A stretch of DNA of 64,000 nucleotides from positions 30,112,299 through 30,176,298 of the forward strand of contig NC_134025.1 in the NCBI RefSeq assembly GCF_964204645.1, read 5' to 3'. The notes under the pieces are model-generated. The model saw only the letters and a list, made by a program, of their open reading frames with translations, ran no database searches and had not been told where the DNA came from. Of the stretch, positions 14,654 through 23,500 are shown in pieces (position 1 is the first letter of the stretch; the number at the start of each line of letters is the position of its first letter). The translations under genes were made by a program, and so were the position numbers. Source of the DNA: Tubulanus polymorphus (Eukaryota > Animalia > Nemertea).

Positions 14654-14752
14654 CTCATCGGTGCAAATTACAATCTTAGGTATATTAATATCGGCAGGTC
14701 TTCGACGCACTTCCAATTCAATAGCCCTATTCCTGTAGTACAAATAATCCAT
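14654..14752 (-). CDS. Possible first coding exon, perhaps an alternative first exon of the PET-LIM gene
   Basis: ATG plus 33 codons (MDYLYYRNRAIELEVRRRPADINIPKIVICTDE) ending at a strong GAG|GTAAG donor in phase 0. Same strand as, and upstream of, the PET exon. No homology recognised. Confidence 0.3.
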
Positions 14753-16742
14753 CTTTTCAACAGTAAATGTCTATTATAGATGATACTCAAACGTCAGAAA
14801 GAAAGCTCTGTACAGATCATCGGTAAAGGTTACATTTAAACATTCAATCCAGACTTGTTCTTGTTGCCAGCGGCTAGCGAACACCCGACAGCTAATTTCT
14901 CTTACATATTACCGCAATAAATATTGTGAAATATGTATTGAACGGTCTATAAACCGGTATCGATGATTCCGTGAACGGATCAATGGATGAAATAAACTTT
15001 TTCATAACGTCGCCGAAATCATCAACTAATCATCAGTCAAATACAGTCAATTCACGAGAGCCTTTTGTATCTAATATCGTAATCGATGAAACATATCGCA
15101 AAATGAAAGCTGATCCTGTGTGGAATGTTCATCATGAAACCGATGATGCAGACCCGCGCTTATTCAATCGAGAATAGCCGGATAAGTAGTTTAGTAAGTA
15201 GCAGTTAGTGGCTGACCTCACAAACAGATAGACAATCAAATCACTGTCAGTCTCAGCTATTAGCAATTCATCGGTATTCAAATTGAGTTTATTAATAACT
15301 GACTAATGTCTAATATATTAATCTAACACGAGAATTTCTGCGAATAAATTACTAATTAGAAATTACTAGGAAAAAATAATTGGAAAAGTTTATCGAGATA
15401 ATTCTGGAGAAATGCTGACGCAGAATGAATAAACGATCTACAAACTTATTTTACAAACAGTAACAATACATTAAATGCAGTTCTCTGAAGAGCTTCATGT
15501 ATGTTATTGTATGGTTGTTGTATACCACTAAGCCAATTAATGATTATTGTAATCATCAATTGTTTCAAAAAAATGATTTCCTTTATTTCAAAAAAATTCT
15601 GTTGATTTCCAAAAAAACTTCAATTCAACAAATACGCAGCAGGTCAACTCAAACCTGGGTATACTTTTTGACAAGCTGTTCACCTCCCTACAACTTATTT
15701 TTCCCAGAGTAATTTTTGAATCAAGGCTATGATTCCTGTTGGATATCAAAGCAAAAGATAACAGAAATTTCCACTTATGACATCGGATATCACGTGATAG
15801 AAGTTATTTTCTACTTCTTTAAAAAACCCTTTTTCTGATCATGATTTTACATGAAGCATTTTTGTATCTTTGTTAATAACAATAAGATGCTGTATGAAAT
15901 GTTGAGAAACTCAGGGGATAAAAAATAATCGAGCATTACCAGGTAGGCCTCCAGACTTAAAAAGGGGTACAAGTTGACCAGGTACAGGATGACTGTAAAT
16001 CAACAAATGTTTGTTGATTTACAATGTGACTTGTTGTCTGACCTCAGCACAATTCTGTGGTTGATTCTACAGAGCAGAGGCTAAAAGCTTTTGGCTATTG
16101 GGAAAAAAAACATATTTCTAAATGCCACATCTATCTTGGTATTGTGTAAACCTATATAATGCTTGCCAATAGAACAAAAATAACCTCCTTAAATGATCAC
16201 TTCTAAAAAACCGTCGCAGATAATCGAGACGTGGTTAGTACTATAGAATAGAACCCGTCCCGGAAATGTAAAAAAAACTCTTGAATCGAAAGTTGAAAAA
16301 ACTTTGCATAGTTAGTTAAACCTGTTCCGTATAAGAATATCGTAAACTATCTTAATAAACTTACAGCTCTTTTTATGGTAGAAGGTACTGCATCAATATG
16401 AGGAACTTCAAATACAGCGTTAGTGTCGTCAGAGTATAAGTTTTCAGAGGCAAAATCCAACTCGGCCTCCGCCATCTCGCATAGCGCGCTAATAGGAACC
16501 CATGTGCTCGCTCGCCTAGTGGCGCCATCTATAAATAAACAAATCGTGGTCTGTGCCGGATCTGAACTAACTCTTACTCCCTATTTAACTATGTACCGCA
16601 ATGAAAATTTATATTTTGGAATTATCGAAACTTTGTTATCATAGAACTCAGCTACGGTTATATGGACTCCGTAGGGCCTACGCGTAAGCAGTCATCCGAT
16701 ATATTGGAATTGAAACCTCTATGCTTGCATCCTGTCAGGAAA

Positions 16743-17474
16743 ATGATTCAGATTTTGACACTACTGCTGCTGCTGACGTTAACTTTTGCAAGTTTTGTGA
16801 ACACCGAGGATCATCACGGTGAAATCTGTCATCTGAAAACATGCATGAATAAAACTCTACCCGCTGGAAGTCCCGTTCATGTTTACTGTACAAATCATCA
16901 TAGTTTACGCATCAATGGACGCTGCTGTCAGAAAATTAAAAATACAACTGAAGAAGATGCTGGAAAATTCCTCGCTTCAACCGCTGAGGAATTCGTTGTG
17001 CAAGGATTGGATTTATCTTCGTGCGAAGTGACGACAATTACGTCTGATGTCTCGCGTCTAGTCGAGTTACGTGTTCTGGTCCTGGATAACAACCCGATTA
17101 TGTGCCCCAGTAATAAAGACTTAGCTGGACTGCGTAAGTTGGAGTATGTATCGATGCCGGAGTATTGCTCGTGTCCTGCTGGAGCAGAAGCGTGGAATTC
17201 TACGCGAACCGGTTTAAATCGTACAATTTGCGAAACACCGAATAATTTGTGTAAATTGTTAAAACTGGAATGTCCGAGTAACAGTGACTGTTTAATGGAC
17301 GGACCCGGTCTGGTGAATGTGGTATGTCTCTGTAGCTCCGGATTCTATGGATACAAATGTCTAAAATTCGGCCACTTTTCGCCGATGTATTATTCAATAG
17401 GAACAGTTGGTGTCACCGTTGTCTTATCGGTGTTTGTTTGGATTACGCAGAGAAGGAAAGCAAAGACTTTGTAA
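16743..17474 (+). CDS. ATRAID: ATRAID/APR-3-like single-pass membrane protein (signal peptide, short LRR, EGF-like domain, TM helix, basic tail); single exon
   Basis: ORF 16662-17474. The likely start is the Met at 16743 (MIQILTLLLLLTLTFASFVN, signal-peptide-like). Contains GRCC, GLDLSSC...LRVLVLDNN, CSCPAGAEAWN, an EGF-like CPSNSDC..DGPG...CLCSSGFYGYKCL, TM IGTVGVTVVLSVFVW and the tail TQRRKAK typical of ATRAID. Confidence 0.82.
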   Translation: MIQILTLLLLLTLTFASFVNTEDHHGEICHLKTCMNKTLPAGSPVHVYCTNHHSLRINGRCCQKIKNTTEEDAGKFLASTAEEFVVQGLDLSSCEVTTITSDVSRLVELRVLVLDNNPIMCPSNKDLAGLRKLEYVSMPEYCSCPAGAEAWNSTRTGLNRTICETPNNLCKLLKLECPSNSDCLMDGPGLVNVVCLCSSGFYGYKCLKFGHFSPMYYSIGTVGVTVVLSVFVWITQRRKAKTL

Positions 17475-17872
17475 ACTCTTGTTGATGGACTAATGAATCC
17501 AGCTCGGTAAAATTCATCAGTTATAACAAACCATACCTAGCAAATAAGACATTTTTAATGACTTCACACTGGATGATAAACTATCGGTTTATCATTGAAT
17601 AGACTTTCTAGTCCTCAGCCTTTGTTGATATGTGGTTCTAATGCAATATGATAAGACGTGTCAAGTGAAAAGAAACCTTTCGAAATTATATTTTATGAGT
17701 AAATATTTATTTTACAAAAACGTACATATTATCATGTAAACACTTATTTATCTTAAGTTTTTTTCGAGTGCGCTTCAATTATTCGGACTCGAGGGAATAA
17801 AACCAGTGAAGAATTCAGAATTATACACAGCACATGATAGTTACTAGAGTCTATGAATTGAAACGAAGTTCT

Positions 17873-20331
17873 CTAATCCTGGTCCATTGTTTCCGCTGCT
17901 GCTGCTGCTGCTGGTTGAGCCTCCTCACCAGCTGGCTTCTCTCCACCTTCTTGTTCCATTGCCTGGAAAAAAATAACAACAATTGGTTACATAATTTTCT
18001 CAGTGAGAAAATCTTACGTTGGAAATACAAGACGATAACTCACCGGAGGATCATCAGTTCCGGCTCCAGGTGAACGACCTTCACCTTCTATCATTGCCAA
18101 CTGAAGTATCGGTGAAGGAATCTAAACAAAACTGTTTTATCGTTTACAGATTAGGTAAAATTAGCAAATTTCGATGCTTTTTTACAATCAAACTCGCTTG
18201 AAAAAAACTGCCACAAGTCGTTTTATTCTAGTCCAAATTTTTATCTTAAGTAACAGCTTACTGATTATCACAACTAGGAGTTTGATCATAGCTCAAAAGA
18301 AAGTAGAATCTGACGCCAGGTCCTAGGCTTCTTAAATGGATGTAAATATCGTAGTATAAAGGATACATATTTGGCAACTTTATCATCGTCATAAACATCA
18401 AATGGCATATCTTTACCTACAATACCGACTGAACAATTCTGTAATAAAAATAATAATCAGACAACATTAATAAACAATCCATACACGTCGCGTGATTAGA
18501 TTCTATTAAAGATTTATAGAAATATTACAAACTTTCGTTGTGAGTTCAACTTCATTCGGTAATGTATCGCGTAGAGCTCTCAGACCGTGTTTTATAAGTT
18601 CTTCACCATCACCTGAATTTAACAGATTTTACTATTAAATAATACACAATTCCAGAAACAAGAGAAACTCCTACTAGCAGCGTCTAGTACTTACATTCTA
18701 GAAAAGTACTCATATGTTTCTCCAAGTAAGTTCTCGCTGATTGAGATCTGGATCCAATTGCCATAGCTTTACAGTCGTAGTAGTTAGCTGATGGACATGT
18801 TTGGTATATATGCGCACCCATATCCTATAAAACAAACATTCGTACCAGTTAGTCAGTTCAATCAAACAATACATTTATCAGACTCCTTAATTTCTCTAAA
18901 TAACTGAACCGCTTACATCATAACCAGCAACTAATAATCCAACCCCAAACGGTCTTCGTCCATAAATCTGTGTCGGTACTTGACTTTCTGTTTTAGTACA
19001 GTGAAGGAAAAAATAATGAAATAAAACCTGGATAAACACAGTGTAGAATCGACTGGGAGTTTAATTCCACAGATGGTGACAGACAATTCACAACTTAAAA
19101 TAAGAGAAGAGACTGCTCCCTGAAAGACAGAGCTTCAGAAAAATGACTGAGCTACATTTCAAATTCGATTAAAAAAAAGAGCCAGTATTCCCTGATAATC
19201 CTTGCAGGGAAAAATTAATCTGAAATTCCCTTTTCTGTACGAACACTGAATGTTGGGTCCTAATCATACGATTCCGCGTAGGAAACTTTCAAACATTTTC
19301 TAATCCGAAGGCAAATGCAATCTACTGTAATCTTTATTTCATACTAGATAAAAGGATACTTGTTCCAAGCATTCCTACGAGTCTGTTTACTGGTAAAGGG
19401 CTGTCGTACGCAAACCGTGAATTCAAACATTCCGTTCTCATATATTTACTGAAACAACAAAATCAGAAAAATAATAATCAGTTATCGAAATATACCAAAT
19501 CATTTTGAAGAAGAATGAACCAGGAATTTAGCAGTCCGTTAAATCTTTAAATCCTAGGTATCCTAAGTGGACAATTACTGGCACCTTCGCCTCGGGCTCT
19601 CGCATACTCTATCAATAGTCGCTTACCTGAGTAATCTAGCATCAGCTGTTAATCCAGCTATAGATATTCCAACATGATCGTCTATAGCGAGAATCTTTTT
19701 CTGATGAGCCGATAATTCGGAAGGCGCTCGCTGAAATAATAACATCAAACATACAATAAACGCAATGATTCCTGTAAAGCAGCAAGACGAATGAATTATC
19801 TCTAACCTTTAGAGCGACGATAACAGCATGCGTGTTTGATTTCAGACCGACAGTTGCTGAACCTTGTTTCACGGCTTCCATAGCGTAGTCAATCTGATGG
19901 ATTCGGCCCTGCAGGAATAATGATAGAAAATCAATATAATGATGACGAGTGGTAAAACAAGGAAAATTTGGAAAGATCTCAAAAATAGAACTAACCTGAG
20001 GACTCCACACAGAGACATCTGTATCATACTGATTACGAAACTATAATAAACGACAATAAATTCAATCATTAACAAATTGATTCAATTCATTCTTCACCAC
20101 ATTCGATTTTGCATCTAAATAAATCGTCTATTATATTTATGAATTGAATTGACATTTGAATTGATCGAGTATCTCGACACGTTTTAAGGATAATGCTCGC
20201 ATGTAATTCATTCAGCAATTAATCCAAATAAAGAAGGTATTTGAATTCAATTATCTAAAATCTGGAAGACAGATTTTACTTGTAAATGGGCTAAAAAAAC
20301 TTTATTTTGACCAGAATTGCTAACTCACCAT
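17873..20331 (-). CDS. PSMA1: Proteasome subunit alpha type-1, complete, 11 coding exons, 280 aa
   Basis: Exons 20329-20331 (ATG only), 19996-20040, 19807-19908, 19627-19730, 19360-19448, 18917-18987, 18695-18824, 18533-18612, 18367-18438, 18044-18100, 17873-17962. All GT-AG and phase-consistent (843 nt). Protein: [40 protein letters not shown]...[16 protein letters not shown]...[28 protein letters not shown]. Confidence 0.97.
18101..18366 (-). other. Second U12-type GT-AG intron in PSMA1
   Basis: 5' splice site GTATCCTTT; branch-like TTCCTTCAC 11 nt before the exon. Confidence 0.9.
18988..19359 (-). other. U12-type (minor spliceosome) GT-AG intron in PSMA1
   Basis: 5' splice site GTATCCTTT; branch-like TTCCTTCAC 13 nt before the exon. 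Confidence 0.9.
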
Positions 20332-20504
20332 TTCGGCTTTTTAGTGTGATGCGCCGTCTATCGTTAACTTCCTACTCGCTTCCCTGTGTACAGCTCATGC
20401 TCGCTTCCCTGTGTACAGCTCATACTCGCTTCCCAGTGTACAGCTCATGCTCGCTTCCCTGAGTATACTTCAACCACGCACCTGCCTAACGACGCCTAAA
20501 CAAC
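20332..20504. promoter_or_regulatory. Bidirectional promoter / 5' UTR region shared by PSMA1 and CCDC169
   Basis: Divergent ATGs at 20331 (-) and 20505 (+). Contains ACTTCC/GCTTCC ETS-like cores and a YY1-like AACATGGCG overlapping the CCDC169 start. Confidence 0.75.
20373..20466. repeat. 25-bp tandem repeat, about 3.7 copies (ctcgcttccctgtgtacagctcatR)
   Basis: Units start at 20375, 20400, 20425 and 20450. Confidence 0.93.
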
Positions 20505-23500
20505 ATGGCGGCTGATGAGATGGTAGCTGAACAAGAACTCGAAAGACTTCGGTCTGAAGTAATTCAAGAACGACAGATGAAGTAAGTTTTGACATAGAAC
20601 AAGGAAGAAGAATCTTTCGTCAAGAAGTAGAACTTAGAAGAGTTTCGTTAGGATTTTATTTCGGGGACCACAAAATATGTAAAGCTATAAACAAAGAACA
20701 ATACAAAAACTCCTTTTAAAATTCAGGAAGATATTTAACGTCCTCGCACGTCCTCTCTCACCCGTCGTTATACGCCTAATGATACCCAACGTATTTAATG
20801 AAGATCAAGCTGGTAGGCCCTTTTATCGTTTTGAGTTAAAGATTGGCCAGCGGCGGTCTGTTGTTTAAGAAATTCACACTGAAAATGAAAGACATTTTAT
20901 AGGTTTTTTTATACAACTGTATCTGACTGTGACGTGTAATGAGGGAATCTAACCCTAGCATCACTCAAGAGTCAAGGTAACATCTAAGCTGTATCGGGAT
21001 TCTAACCCCACAGCTGGAACCTTCTCGGCCGCCAACCCGACTGATGGCTCAGAGCCCGACTGTTTGATTTGGAACAGGAAAGTACGGATCATACGGATGT
21101 CAGTTGGTGGTTTTCTTGGCTTTCTGTCGGTGTCGTTTGGGAGAAGCTCCGCCTGCCTGCCCAGGAATTAGTCCTAGTCCACACGGGCAGGTAGGTAGTG
21201 GGAAGTACAGAGAGACTAGCTCTTTCCCTATGGGCGCCTGAATGTTGCTGATGGAGGGTTTGTGAAGGGTTACCCATATATCTAATAAACCAAATCTTTC
21301 TGAAGTAGCATCATCTATTTTCAACTATGACAAGTGATTTACTCTTATATGCTATACAGGATAGATGTATTTATATATTTCTGAACTGCGTTTAAGAAAT
21401 TCAAACTGAAAATATAAAACATTTTATAAGTTTCTTCGGTATGAAAATATTTCTGCCTGAGTTGCATAAAGGGAATCTAACCCTAGCTTCACTCAAGGTA
21501 ACATCTAAGCTGTATCGGGATTCTAACCCCACAGCTGGAACCTTCTCGGCCGCCAACCCGACTGATGGCTCAGAGCCCGACTGTTTGATTTGGAACAGGA
21601 AAGTACAGATCATACGGATGTCAGTTGGTGGTGTTCTTGGCTTTCTGTCGGTGTTGTTTGGGAGAAGCTCCGCCTGCCTGCCCAGGAATTAGTCCTAGTC
21701 CACACGGGCAGGTAGGTAGTGGGAAGTACAGAGAGACTAGCTCTTTCCCTATGGGCGCCTGAATGTTGCTGATGGAGGGTTTGTGAAGGGTTACCCATAT
21801 ATCTAATAAACCAAATCTTTCTGAAGTAGCATCATCTATTTTCAACTATGACAAGTGATTTACTCTTATAGGCTATACAGGATAGATGTATTTATATATT
21901 TTTGAACTGCATTTAAGAAATTCAAACTGAAAATAGAAAACATTTTATAAGTTTCTTCGGTATGAAAATATTTTTGCCGGAGTTGCATAAAGGGAATCTA
22001 ACCCTTGCTTCACTCAAGGTAACATCTAAGCTGTATCGGGATTCTAACCCCACAGCTGGAACCTTCTCGGCCACCAACCCGACTGATGGCTCAGAGCCCG
22101 ACTGTTTGATTTGGAACAGGAAAGTACGGATCATACGGATGTCAGTTGGTGGTTTTCTTGGCTTTCTGTCGGTGCCGTTTGGGAGAAGCTCCGCCTACCT
22201 GCCCAGGAATTAGTCCTAGTCCACACGGGCAGGTAGGTAGTGGGAAGTACAGAGAGACTAGCTCTTTCCCTATGGGCGCCTGAATGTTGCTGATGGAGGG
22301 TTTGTGAAGGGTTACCTCATATTTCTAATTAACCAAATCTTTCTGAAGTAACATCATCTATTTTCAACTATGACAAGTGATTTACTCTTGAAGGCTATAC
22401 AGGAAAGATGTATTTATTTATTTCTGAACTGCATTCAAGAAATTCAAACTGAAAATAGAAAACATTTTATAAGTTTCTTGATATTGTGTTACAATCAATT
22501 ATTTATCAAATTTTTCAGAGAAATGTTAGATCAGTCGATAGGAGAATTACAGGCTACTGTGAATGAATTAGAAAGAAGAGTTGACAGTATTGATGATGAA
22601 GGTATGTTGTGATTTAATCTGTTTCAGTCTGTGCTTCTTTCAGTGAAGTTTACCTCACAATGTTTCTCACCACTACAGTTTTTAAACCCTGTTTTTCCAC
22701 TTCAGTCTCTCTTGCATTTCTTGCTGATTAGTTGATTTTCAATATTCTCGTTTTCAGTTTTACGCAAGTATTTTAATTTGGAACCATTGAGAAGTCCAAC
22801 TAGTTAGTAAATTATAGTGACAATATTATCATTTTAAAATGATGTTTGTTTTGTCTAACTTTGTTTGAAATGAAACTAACAAAGTTTTGGACCTCGTGGT
22901 TTATAATGAAGGGCGATTGTGACAGTTTCTATTGTTTTTCCACAGTTATTCATTTGCTTTCATGTTTTTTTTTGCTAACCTTTGACCACTGAGATAAAAG
23001 ACATATTTCGATTCTGAAAGTCTCCCAAATTCAAATGATAATTTTCGACTATGTTTTTTGCGCAGGTAATGAATGGAAAACGAGATACGAGATGCAACTC
23101 GAGATAAATCAACAATTACAAAAACAGATATTTCTTCTACAAGACAAAATCGAACAGGCCAAGAAAGCATCGAAAGACAGTAAGTATTTAATGATAATAT
23201 TCGCACACCTTATAGATCCTCAATTGCCACAGTAGTTGATGTCTCACTCCTGGATTACTAATCATTTTTCTGAAATTGTTTTTCAGTCAATAGTAAAGCT
23301 TACAGAGAACAGTTTTCACACTTAGATTTTTCTGATGTAAGTATAAATTCTTTATCATATCTAAAATCATTTTTCTTGGGTTGAACTAATTGTTCGGTCA
23401 TTCAATAAATTTATTAATAGATTAGTGATTTAAACTTAATTACTGGAATTGTTTTAGGAGGAAAATGAAAATTCGGTAATTTGTCTCGAAGTATTTCATA

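Noticed and set aside
21560-21620. Hammerhead ribozyme (CTGATGG...GAAA) in the array core
   Set aside because: The core is CUGAUGG rather than CUGANGA, and no stem III ending in an NUH cleavage triplet can be formed.
21660-21745. RNase P/MRP, HDV-like or hairpin-ribozyme identity for the array core
   Set aside because: Short motifs (GGGAAG..GAGACTAG, CCACACGGG, AGAA loop) resemble them, but order, spacing and the P4/P3 or NGUC partners are missing.
21089-22213. Repeated 62-83-aa ORFs in the 521-bp array
   Set aside because: Short, on both strands, not retained in all copies, and with no recognisable domain. RNA structure explains the conservation better.
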